The position numbers and the translations under genes were made by a program. The notes under the pieces were generated by a model, which saw only the letters and a program-made list of their open reading frames with translations, had not been told where the DNA came from and did no database searches. This document shows, in pieces, positions 11,569 to 22,826 of a stretch of DNA of 64,000 nt. The stretch comes from Podarcis erhardii. Lineage: Eukaryota. Position 1 is the stretch's first letter. Each line of letters opens with the position of its first letter. The stretch is from NCBI GenBank assembly GCA_964252035.1, contig OZ176205.1. One strand, 5' to 3'.

Positions 11569-11745
11569 TCCAGAAGGGTAGCTGCATTAGTCTTTTGCAG
11601 CAAAGAGTCTTGTAGCGCCTTAAAGACTAACAAATTTTGTTGTGGCGTATCGTCTACAAAAACTTGTGCCATCAGCATTATGGAGCATCTGATGAAGTCC
11701 ACAAAAGCTTCTGCCACAATGTATTTGTTAGTCTTTAAAGTACTC
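11569..11745. mobile_element. Penelope-like element terminal remnant with inverted arms and a decayed hammerhead-like core
   Basis: Arms TAAAGACTAACAAAT..TGTGGC and GCCACA..ATTTGTTAGTCTTTA; CTGATGA at 11689-11695. Family recognised from memory of reptile PLE termini. Confidence 0.6.
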
Positions 11746-12038
11746 AAAGCTTGTTATTCCTTCTTCAAACCGTATGCATAACGTCAGTCAATGTTTTTGT
11801 GTTTCAGCAGCAAACAGCATAAGCTTGGATATAGCAAAGTCATAGCATGAGAGAAAGATGCTTCCATTCCTGCAAAGGAAGGGCACATATTTCCTGCCAG
11901 TTGCCAACCCAGGGGCAGCTCTCTGCTGAACTGAGCACAGTGGGCTTCAGGAAAATCCAGTATCAAGAACAGAACTCTGTTGTTCTTAGGCCATACTGCA
12001 ACCCAAGTGTCATTCAGTAATTGTCAATGCAAACTTAC

Positions 12039-12165
12039 CTTTGAAATTCTAGTTAGAGTTTCTTTAAAAGACGGCAGGAACATTTCTGCTGAACCAATTG
12101 CCAACTCTGCTTCGTGGAGCTTTTTCTGAAAAGCAACTTCGTCCTGAATGGTGTCTTCCCACAAC
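12039..12165 (-). CDS. ODF2L: ODF2L coding exon (LWEDTIQDEVAFQKKLHEAELAIGSAEMFLPSFKETLTRISK)
   Basis: 127 nt, phase 2-0, AAG|GTAAGT donor. Resembles human LKEAELVTHSVELLLPLFKDTIEKI. Confidence 0.9.
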
Positions 12166-12694
12166 CTATAAACAAAAGACTAATGTTTATTAGGAAAAAC
12201 TGTGCCCGTGTTACTCTGTATAACCTTAATTTAAATGCTAACTGCAATTCAGCCAGTGGCTGGGCACACTTACTAACACAAAGCCTAACGTCCCATCAAA
12301 AGTAAGAGTTAATTATCCTCTTGGAGACTTGAACAGTGGTTCTTTCCATTTGTGAATCGCGAGGACTTAGTACATCATTTCACCTAATGCTTTTTCACAC
12401 GTAGGGCATTTACTTTACTTAGGGTAAACATGTATCATGGGCATCCATAGGGCATATATGCAATATGAAGCCATGGAAAGTTAGGGGCTGGCCAGAACGT
12501 GTGCACACTGCAAAACATATATGCAAATTATGGTTTGTTTTACGATAATAAGTTTTGAGACTCAAACAGAAAATTGGTGAGTATTAAATAAAACTTCTGT
12601 GTGCTTTAAAAAAAAAGTTTTTTAAAAATGTAAGAACGCGTAGGAACAGCACACATGTTAAACCCATGTTTCAGATAGCTCTAGTTTGGAAGTA

Positions 12695-12920
12695 CAGTGG
12701 TACCTCGGGTTACAGACACTTCAGGTTACAGATGCTGCTAATCCAGAAATACTACCTCGGGTTAAGAACTTTGCTTCAGGATGAGAACAGAAATTGTGCT
12801 CTGGCAGCGTGGCGGCAGCGGGAAGCCCCATTAGCTGAAGTGGTGCCTCAGGTTAAGAACCATTTCAGGTTAAGAACGGACCTCCGGAACGAATTAAGTA
12901 CTTAACCCAAGGTACCACTG
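12695..12920. mobile_element. Tigger/pogo-like MITE
   Basis: TA-flanked CAGTGGTACC TIRs. Confidence 0.85.
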
Positions 12921-13025
12921 TAATTGGCATTGCATGGCATTCCCCTAAATGAATAGCTTTAGGAAAATGTTCTAGGGTAAAATATCTGAGCTGCAGAACA
13001 TGCACCACTCAACTTAAAAGCATAC

Positions 13026-13180
13026 CTTTCTGTTTCACTTTCACTCTGTGTTTCTTCCAAGGAACTCTCCTCAGATTCCCCTGTATGGCAAGGCAAGGCT
13101 TCCTTCATCCTGGTCCTGTGTTTATCCACAAGTCGGCCGTATGAACCCCAGTTCTCCTTCAAGCATTCTTGTTCTGGAAG
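13026..13180 (-). CDS. ODF2L: ODF2L exon (LPEQECLKENW...MKEALPCHTGESEESS...ETE); candidate start ATG at 13108
   Basis: 155 nt, phase 0-2, joining the next exon in frame; AAG|GTATGC donor. Confidence 0.75.
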
Positions 13181-13724
13181 CTTATAAAATAATGTTTTGG
13201 CTTCACTGCTTATTCTCTCTCTCTTTCACACACACACAGAGCCATCATCTGCATCAAAATGCATGGAATCCAGGATAGCAAACTTGCACTTCAGAGATTC
13301 TAACATTTCTGTCTCCTCCTATCAACACGGTAAGACACAGCAAGTCCACGTTTCAGCTTGTTACATGCATTGTACTGTCCTCTTAAAACGTCATACAGTA
13401 CAACAAGACGGGCCAGGTTGTGTAGGGGTGTGTGGAAGACCAAAATCCAAGGGCTGTACACACTTCCTGTTTGTAATAACGCCTGGAAATTTCAGAATAC
13501 CTTCAAGGCCTTCAGCACTGACCTTCAGCACTGATGCCTCTGCTAGATCACCCCTCATTTAAACATGAAGACAAATATAATCAACTCATAGATCTTGAAA
13601 CAATTCATTTCTCTGGAATTAAGAGATCTGTTTGTTAAAAAGTAAAGCAATTTTAAAGGAGGACCTGGTGGCAAAGACAAAAGGCATAAAATGGTCCTGG
13701 CTACATCAACTATGGGATGTAGTC

Positions 13725-14068
13725 AACTGTGGTCTAAACCACAGAGCCTAGGACTTGCCGATCAGAAGGTTGGCGGTTCGAATCCCCACGACGGGGTGAG
13801 CTCCCATTGCTTGGTCCCTGTTCCTGCCAACCTAGCAGTTTGAAAGCACGTCAAAGTGCAAGTAGATAAATAGGTACCACTCCGGTGGGAAGGTAAATGG
13901 CGTTTTCATGCGCTGCTCTGGTTCACCGGAAGCGGCTTAGTCATGCTGGCCACATGACCTGGAAGCTGTCTGAAGACAAACGCTGGCTTCCTCTGCCTAT
14001 AGAGCAAGATGAGCGCCGCAACCCCAGTTGTCCACGACTGGACTTAACGGTCAGGGGTCCCTTTACCT
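13725..14068 (+). mobile_element. Sauria/Squam1-type SINE
   Basis: Body matches the other copies and ends GTCAGGGGTCCCTTTACCT. Confidence 0.88.
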
Positions 14069-14074
14069 CAACTA

Positions 14075-14935
14075 TGCACTTTTGCAAAGTATCTGGAACA
14101 AAGCGGGGAGGATTTGAGACTCTTGGCACCTTTGGAATCAGTAACAGACCTAGCCATGACACAAAAGGGGCAGTCTCAGTGATATATGGTATGATATTAG
14201 ACCACATCGTAGGAAACGCGGAAGATATTCGAATGAGATAGGAAACCCGACATAGGAATTTCAGTAAGTAAAAAAGCATGGGAATCAATATGACAAAATC
14301 TATCTTGAAAAACAATTTCGGCTCGTCTCCAGGAAGTTTCCCTTAAAATTTCAGTGGCATTGTACCCCCACACACCTCGTTTAAGCTCACCATTATGTTG
14401 GGAAATAATGTGGAGAACCAGGTTCTATTTTCACGTTTGGTGGGAGTTTACCATGGTCCATGCCTTTGGGGGGAAAGTTTTTTAATCTGACCTCCAAAAT
14501 CACTAACCAATCTATCCCTCCTAATTTGACACTTGTCCTATTATCATTAGATTTGACCCCAAATTCTACACATTAAATCTAAAGAATTAATTTCCTTCCT
14601 GTTCACAGGAGCTAGACTAGTTATATTGCCCAATGATGGAAGGAAACTTCTAAAATACCAATAGAGGCTTGGGTTAATAACATCTGGAACATCTTGAGTA
14701 TTGCTCTATTATAACGCCTCATATACCATCAACGACTAATCAAAGGCATTTCCCAAAAAAGATACCTTTTGACATAATCTGATCTCCCCTTTTCCTCTTT
14801 AATTGAAGAACAGGTTATTTTAATGCCACCATCATCACAGAGGTGTCTGTGGAGGGGATAGTGATTGAAAATTTATTGTAACTGTATTGTAACATTTGAA
14901 TAAATGTTTCATTTTTATTTATTTTAAAAATAATA
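14075..14935 (+). mobile_element. Degraded L1-clade LINE 3' fragment
   Basis: Frameshifted remnants read like GEPGSIFH.WW....HAFWG (L1 ORF2 C-terminal Cys/His region), followed by AATAAA and an A-rich tail. Confidence 0.5.
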
Positions 14936-16170
14936 CCTTCAAGTAGTAATTTTATTAGTAGTTTAATTTCAAACATCTAAACTGCTGGCTTCTTAAAAAA
15001 TCACAGGCATCCTAGTTTAGAAGCCCTAGTGTTATATGCAAGTGCAACCCCATTTTCATGGTGTTCAGCCACTGCAACCTTTGACGCACCCAGCCTGAGA
15101 ACATGTTTATTACTGGTGAAGCAACACCTTGAATGGCACCAGTACCATTTATCTGCAAGGAACCTTTCCAACACCACTCCACCTGACAAAGGGGACCCTG
15201 AGCGTCTCCCAGTAAAAATAAAAATAAAAAATCAATGCACTGCAAACGATGCTGAGAAATGTTTCTGGGTGCATGAACTTTAGCCAGGACACACTTCAGA
15301 CCTCCTGGCCAGTTGCCTTTTGTGAACTGAGTGTGGTTTTGTTTTAGATATTATAATCAGCTATACAGTGCTTTGCAATTATATTCCTGGGGGCAGTTTG
15401 CAAAAGGAAATCATCCCACGAAGTGCTTATCTCACCCTTCCACATTGGGGGGGGGGGGATTAGCTGTGAAGGCCACCTATCTTCCAGGGAAGTATGGCTT
15501 CCTTTACTAATCTTGTTGTTCCCAAGTAACTCCGAAGGCTACAGTGGTTTTTTTTGCGGGGGGGGAGGATTTCGGCGGGTGGGGGTGGAATGTGAAGTGG
15601 GAGGGGGAACTAAAATGAGCAGAGAATGACAGTTGGGTTGAACATTCTGCCAGCTAAAAGGGAGTGGAAAGAGTAGAGGATAGAGGAATCTGTCTCTGCA
15701 GGAAATGGTTTTTAGGGAGATTATTAGTTATAATTTCACTCATCCTAGCCTTCACATAACTGTGTATTTGTTTTCAAGGCTCCCCAGATTAACATCCTGG
15801 CTTGGTTCTCATGAATAGTATCTTAATAAGCTGGGATACAAATGAGATTTGTGCACCACCCACAACTTTTGTGCTGGTGAAAGTGGGGAAACAAACTGGG
15901 TTTGCCACAGTTGCGTATTAAATCCAAATGAGGAAGCTATGGTTGATGGTCTCCAAACAAAGTGGGACATGGAACTATGGTTTAAAGCGGGTTTCTAAAT
16001 CATGACTTGTTTGGATACCGTTAACTATAGTTCCATGAATGTATATAGGTTTTTAGGTTTAGGTGATTTAACATTTAGCTGAATAACGTTAGCTCTGCTA
16101 ACGACCCAGTCACTTCAAAAAAAAAATCAAGATTTGTATTAATACTATTTGTATTTCCTGCACATCTTAC

Positions 16171-16341
16171 ATGATTATCTGAGCTGTCCACTTCTTCACT
16201 TAGAGAACTCAAATACTTTCCAAGTTGGCTGGATGTTTCTGTCTCAAGATGATCTTTCTTAAAACTCAAATCACTGGACTGAATAACTGAACAAAGTTTT
16301 TCTGCTTCCGCAGAAGTTAGGTATGGCACAAGTCTTGTTTC
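16171..16341 (-). CDS. ODF2L: Probable upstream ODF2L exon (ETRLVPYLTSAEAEK...SSDNH, 57 codons)
   Basis: gtttttag acceptor, CAT|GTAAGA donor, 171 nt open and in phase 0 with the 13180 exon. I cannot recall a homologous human segment. Confidence 0.55.
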
Positions 16342-17633
16342 CTAAAAACACCATCCATATAACATTAAGTAAATGCATGCTACTAGACAAATACATCTGC
16401 CTGCAGGTTAGCTTCAGAAACAACACAGCTGCTTTTATCAGGGATGGGGAACCAGTGGCCTTCCAAGTGTTGTTGGACTTCAAATCCCATCAGCCCCAGA
16501 CAGCAAAGCCAATAGTCAGGGATTATGGGAGTTGTGGTCCAACACAGGACCCCCATCCCTGACTTACATTATCAAAACAAGAATTTTTAAATGCAATAAA
16601 TTACTTAAAATAGACACCATGGGAAATGTATCAGAGTTTAAGAACATCAGCCAATTTTAAGGAATACTGAACAGCATCCAAACAACAGTGAAATCAGTTT
16701 CTGAGTTTGCTATTTTGTTTTTCTTAGAGCAATATGTGCATATGGCACAATGAATTCCTTTTGGACTAGAGGGGAATTTCAAAAACAATTTGCGATGTTG
16801 ACAACGCATTCAATGTGGGGTGGGGAAGGCACAAATTTGACTCTGGTTTACTTGTGTGAACCAAAGTTGTTCTTCAGATTGTGCTCATCCTCCTTTAGAC
16901 GGAAAATCAGGAGGAGTGCATTTGTGAGTCTGTGATATAACAACAGTCTTATTCTTTTATATTTAAGAATATATTGTCTCCGTTTGCAGAGACAAACTTT
17001 GGAATGGGGGGGCACAGATATTTCAGTAGCAAACTTCCTTTTAACAGCTTACCTCGCAACGGCTAGAAGAGGAAAGTTCTCTCTGCACATGGTCATGAGA
17101 CCCATCACTGTTCTGTTCATACAGGCTGGATGGTGGTGCTTCCTTTTCTTTCTGAAAAATAAATTATGAGCGCAGAGAGTGTCTGAATTTTTATTGGGTT
17201 CACAAGTTAAATGCTGCCTGAATTTGTATCAGTTGCAGCAAAGGTGCTCCGTTTCAAGTCAGTGTTTAACAGAGTAATCCTAGCCATGTCCACTTTGAAG
17301 TTAAGTCCTACTGAACTCTTAGCCCCAGGTAAGTGGGAAGCCTTAAGAGACGACAAAGTAAACCCCAAAGTTCTTAATGTCAAAGTAATACATTTCCACT
17401 TGAGCTAAGTGCTACAATTTTGTTTACTAATATGGTGAAAAGCATTGTTCAGTAAAGCTAGCATATTTGCAATCTGCTGAAAATAAATACACACACACAC
17501 ATTTACAGGATATTAATCAAAACTGAATTCTTCAATGTCTTCCAAGTTTAGAGATGCAAAAGCCATGTTGCAAAGGAGGCATTTGCAAAATATTCTAACG
17601 CACAATTATTCCAAGTAGAGTTTATTTCTATTA

Positions 17634-17885
17634 CAGCGGTACCTTGGTTTATGAACTTAATCCGTTCCGGAAATCCGTTCTTAAACCAAAGCATTGTTAA
17701 ACTAAGGCGTGCTTTCCCATAGCAGCGGGGGACTCAATTTACAAATGGAACACACTCAACAGGAAGTGGAACATGTTCTGCTTCCAAGGCAAAGTTCACA
17801 AGCCAAAATACCTACTACCAGGTTTGCAGCATTCTTAATCCAAGTTGTTCATCAACTAAGCTGTTCTTAAACCAAGATACCACTG
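17634..17885. mobile_element. Tigger/pogo-like MITE (second subfamily, related to 54597-55080)
   Basis: TA-flanked TIRs CAGCGGTACC / GATACCACTG. Confidence 0.8.
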
Positions 17886-18137
17886 TACTATGCTTTTTAT
17901 TATTATTTATGCTATTCGGTCATTGGAGAAAAAGCCAAGGCTACCCATCGCATAAGCAGAAACACATTGCACATCCTAAAAGTTCCTGAACTGAGCAAGG
18001 GACTGAACTAAATGGCCTTCCAGGTCACACACACCCCTTCTAAAATTCTCTGGGGCTTTCTGGGTGCCGCGCAATGGTCACACCCCTCTTATTAGAATTC
18101 GGTAGAGCGATTGCCACCCTTCTGATTATCATGCACC

Positions 18138-18488
18138 TGACAAGCCTTCCTAGTAATTGGGGTAGCGTGGAGGATCTGAGGAAAAACACACAGATAAAGA
18201 TTTTATTGGGGGACACTTGTTAACTTATAACCAGACGGAGGGGCTCAAGACTTCCCCCAGCTGGGAAGAATGGCAACTGAGCTCGGGTTCAGGTTAAACC
18301 AATGACATGCAATACCCAAAAGCAATCCCACCCAGTTCTCTAACACATACATATATCCTGGCTTGCCCCAAGCCATGACAACCACACTTCATTGTGGGCC
18401 CTTGTACAAAATATATTACGTTTGCCAGGGGGGCAGGGACGACAACCTCTCCTAATTTAGTTTGATTACGCTCCAGTATCCACTGACA
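18138..18488 (-). mobile_element. Solo-LTR-like sequence
   Basis: TG...CA ends and AATAAA on the minus strand (18202-18207); no clean TSD found. Confidence 0.35.
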
Positions 18489-18989
18489 TGATTTATTGCC
18501 AGAGACGAAATGGAGTTATGAGAATGCAAACTTAATGTGAAGTACTCTGGTGCAGCTTTTGATAACAACATTAAGTGAGATTCCGAAGCGACAATGGGAT
18601 TTTTTTAAAAAATGAATTCATGGTAACTTAGATTCAGAGGTGTGTGTGCGCACCTCTACGGCCACAACTGGCGAGGCAAGTTCAGAGCAAGAAGCTGCAA
18701 GCTCCAAGAGGCACGCACCATCCGCCTCGCAGCCCCCCAAGCTGGAATCTAGACACGTGTAAAAAAAAGTTGCGAAAATGCCTTAAAAAAAAAAAAGGTT
18801 TGAAAAATGTCTTGAATTTACCGTGGTTCACCACCGCCATCTGGCGTCTCTTTGGTATAATGCAACTTGACAACGTTGTATTTGCAGCTATATAGCTATT
18901 TGAGCCTTGAACAAGGGGAATATCTCGAGCGCAGGGGATGGGGATCCATTTCTAAAAGGCCTTTTAGAATCTAAAATTGAGACCCGTGG

Positions 18990-19490
18990 AAGCGCTTTCC
19001 CTCCGCTCCCCGCCCCGAGGGAGGAGGCGCGGCCGCCCCGCAGCAAGCCCTCTGCACGCGCTCAGAGGCACGCTGCTTTCCGGGCGCCGGACGAAGAGGC
19101 CGGCCACCGGCAACGCCTTGCAAGGTCACCCATGACCGGCGGCTCTGGGCCTCGACCCGCCTCGTCCGCTGGCAGAGCGGCGTTTCCCGCCTCCCGACCC
19201 CTTCCCCCCGGGCGCCGCCATTACCCCGCTGCCTTCCATGGCCGCCTTTCGCCTTCTGCAGCTCGCCGACGCCGCGCTCTCGGGCGGGACAACGGAGCGG
19301 CGCTTCTCGCCCTCGCCAGGCAACCCCGCGAGGCGCCGCCGGAACCGCCCCGACGCCGCCCGGCTCCTCCGGGGAGCCCTCGCTCCGCCTTCGGGGCTGG
19401 GCTCCGCTGCGCGCCGGCTGTGGCGCGCGGATTGGCCTCTCGAAAGGCGCGAAGGAGGAGAGGGGGAACCGGGCGCCTCTTGCGGGCAGG
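18990..19490 (-). promoter_or_regulatory. CpG island, probable ODF2L promoter/first exon
   Basis: Very GC- and CpG-rich, lying upstream of the ODF2L exons. Strong-context ATG (GCGGCCATGG) at 19239 on the minus strand. Confidence 0.75.
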
Positions 19491-20185
19491 CAGGGCTAAA
19501 CAAGCTGTTGCTTAGGGCCCCACTCTCTTGGGGCCCCCCCCAAAAAAATTAAAGGGGGAAAAACGGGATGTGCATTTCCAAAATATAAGATAAACAAATA
19601 AAATAAAACCTACATACAGCAACAGTGTTTTGTGTGGTGTAGGCTCCTATGATGTAAGTAGTGGGCCCCGCCTGCTAGCCTGCTCCCTAAAATATCACTG
19701 GTTTGCTCATTTCTATATACAGTCATACCTTGCAGAATAGACGCTTCTGGTAGCGTTTTTTCGGGTTACAGATGTGCCAAAAGCTGGAAGTACTGGAACG
19801 GGTTACTTTTGGGTTTCGGTGCTCGCGCGTGCGCAGAAGCACTAAATCGCACTTTGTGCATGTGCAGAAGCACCGAATCGCAACCTGCGCATGCGCAGAT
19901 GTGGTGCTGCGGGTTGCGAACGTGTCTCCTGCATGGACAACGTTCGCAACCTGAGCATCCACTGTATAGGGTGCCTACATTCTGCATGGACTGGTTGCAT
20001 GGCAACACGTGCAAATGGCTTTAGATATCTATTAGGTTCATAAGTTACCATATATAGTCAACATATAGCATATAATCAACACAAAAAACAGCGACAATTT
20101 GTTGATGACAAAGGACAGCTGGACATAGAAAGGGCCCCATTACCTTCAGTAGCTTAGGGTCTCATCAAACCTAAATCCAGCCCTG
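19491..20185. mobile_element. hAT-like MITE with a nested Tigger-like MITE (19720-19964)
   Basis: Internal sequence shared with 29985-30535, right end CTAAATCCAGCCCTG; the nested element is TA-flanked. Confidence 0.65.
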
Positions 20186-20499
20186 CTCACTCCTCAAATC
20201 TTCATAAAGAGTGCAAGCCAGAATCTGCACATGGACCACTGACTCAATTCTGCCATCTCCACAGGGAAATACTCTAGGAAAATGCAGGTTGCCTTTTGCT
20301 AGTGTAGGTGACAGGGTTCTTCTGACACCCCCCCCCAAAAAAAACCCCAAGTCTCATCCCAAGTGGGACTTGTGTATAGGGTTGCCATGTTTCAAAAAGT
20401 AAAATTCCTTTTTAAAGAAACTGCCAAAATTGTCCAGTTTTTGGGAACAAACCCAAATGGTTGAGCTTTGGGACACCCCATTCCATAATGGATAATTTT

Positions 20500-20625
20500 T
20501 CTATTTATACCCACACATCTTATTGGGTTGCCCCAGCCACTCTGGGCAGCTTCCAGCATATATAAAAATATAATGAAACATTAAACATTTTTAGAAAACC
20601 TTCCCTATGCCTTCAGACGGCTTGG
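20500..20625 (-). mobile_element. L2-clade LINE 3' end fragment
   Basis: Similar to 31290-31410 (GGGTTGCCCCAGCCACTCTGGG). Confidence 0.65.
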
Positions 20626-21374
20626 GGAGTTGGATAACTCCATACCCTCCTGACATTTCTCCAGGGAAAATAGGGACATTGGATAAGGAAAAGTGGATCA
20701 AATCAGAAACCAGGACGGCTTCTCTAAATCAGCGATGTCCCTGGAAAATAGGGATACTTGGAGTGTCTGCAACTCCTAGGGGCCCAGGAGACTTGCCCCC
20801 CCCATAAAATATTTGTGTGCATGGGCATAGCCAGGATTTTGAGAAGGTAGAAGATAATAACCTGAAATTGAGCTTCTTTTGGGAATTCACAGGTAAAAAA
20901 TACCCCCAAGAAAGAGGACATTACGGAGGCTAGGGGGCAGGCCCTCAGTTAATTGAGTACTTTCAATGATGTGTGTGTGTACTGCGTCATATATCAATTA
21001 TGTGGGGCGGGGCTTATCTGTCGTCTCCCCCCCCCCCAATATTTTATTGGCATACCTGTGGGGTAAGGCTGCAAAAAGAGAGGAAAAATTGGGCGGCTGG
21101 AAGGTGTCAAGAGAAAAAGATGTCCTCCTCCCAGTTCCCCACACTTCACCCTTGCAGGGATCCCCACAGTGTCTCCTTCATGCGCTTGCACAAGAAAAGG
21201 GGCACATGAGGGGGATGGCAGCTAGGGCTATGTACACGTGTGCATATGTCTGTGTGCACACACACTTGTCCTTGAGATCGGTAAGCTATAGCTCAAAATA
21301 TTCCAAAGCTATTAACTATACCTGTGCATGATCCTTTAAACATGCCTTATTAAACTGCCCCTGCTATTCCAGTA

Positions 21375-21626
21375 CAATCATACCTCATGTTACATCCGCT
21401 TCATCTTATGTTCTTTCAGGATACGTCCCGCGGCAACCTGGAAGTACCGGAAAGGGTTACTTCCGGGTTTCGCCGCTCGTGCATGCTCAGACGCGCAAAA
21501 TGACGTCACGTGCATGTGCAGGAGCGGCGAATCGCAACCCACGCGTGCACATATGCAGGTTGCGTTCTTTTCATGTTGCGAATGGACCTCCGGAACGGAT
21601 CCCGTTCACAACCAGAGGTACCACTA
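21375..21626. mobile_element. Tigger/pogo-like MITE (degenerate)
   Basis: TA-flanked degenerate TIRs; internal sequence similar to 19720-19964. Confidence 0.65.
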
Positions 21627-22290
21627 TATTGCTCTTTATGTATTAATGACATAATTGCTGAATGTTGATTCAGCTCATGCTGCAAGTTTGCATCTAAAAT
21701 AATGAAAAACCAGTTAACTCAGTAGCTCCCCAGGTGTGGTCTGGACACCTGCAGTAGACCCGAGTGTGAACATAAGCTGTGCTGGATCATACCAAGACGA
21801 TCCTGTTTCTCACAGTGGCTAGCCCAGATGGGAAGCCCATAGCCACGGCACAACGGCAGAACCCATCCCCTGCTGTTGCTCTCCAGCGACTGGTATTTTG
21901 AGGTTGAAGGCAGAGGTCCTCCATCAGCTTCTTTAGTCCCTTTGAAAGCCATTTCTGCCGGCAACCATGCTCTGCGGCACTGTTTCATATGATCCAAGGG
22001 ATCCAGTTTCAAGGAGCCAGATGTTTCTTGGAAGTTTCTGTCAAGAGGCAAGCTGCTTTTCAGTCTCCATTCTGAAACCTAAATTGAGTTGCACCAGGAC
22101 ACGGAAGGAAGAACGAAAGAAACTGAACAGAGAGGATCGGATTCCAGACAAGAGAACAGTTGGGCAAAGGATCAGGCAAAATTTTGCCTCTGTTGCAAAA
22201 TGTCTGCTGAGTAGAAAACTTAAGTCGACAAGGACTCCCTCAGGAATCACATGGTAAGAGAATTGAATGGTCGACAAACAAACCGGAATA

Positions 22291-22826
22291 CAGTGGTACC
22301 TCGGGTTACGTACTTAATTCGTTCCGGAGGTCTGCACAGTGGTGCCCCGCAAGACGAATGCCTTGCAAGACGAAAAACTCGCTAGACAAAAGAGTTTTCC
22401 GTCTTTTGAGGTGCTTCGCAAGACGAATTTCCCTATGGACTTGCTTCGCAAGACGAAACGTCTTGCGAGTTCTTGCGAGTTTTTTCCCTTCCCCCCTTTT
22501 TCTAAGCCGCTAAGCCGCTAAGCCGCTAATAGCGCTAAGCCGCTAATAGCCGTGCTTCGCAAGACGGAAAAAACGCAAGACGAAGAGACTCGCGGAACGG
22601 ATTAATTTCGTCTTGCGAGGCACCACTGTACTTAACCTGAAACTGTTCTTAACCTGAAGCACCACTTTAGCTAATGGGGCCTCCTGCTGCCGCCGCACTG
22701 CCGGAGCACGATTTCTGTTCTCATCCTGAAGCAAAGTTCTTAACTTGAAGCACTATTTCTGGGTTAGTGGAGTCTGTAACCTGAAGAGTATGTAACCTGA
22801 AGCGTATGTAACCCGAGGTACCACTG
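22291..22826. mobile_element. Tigger-like MITE interrupted by a second MITE (22337-22628)
   Basis: Outer TIRs CAGTGGTACC; inner TIRs CAGTGGTGCC/TCGCAAGACGAA. Confidence 0.85.

Noticed and set aside
18907-19552. Plus-strand ORFs of 202 and 104 aa
   Set aside because: Typical stop-poor CpG-island frames, Arg/Pro/Ala-rich, with no homology.
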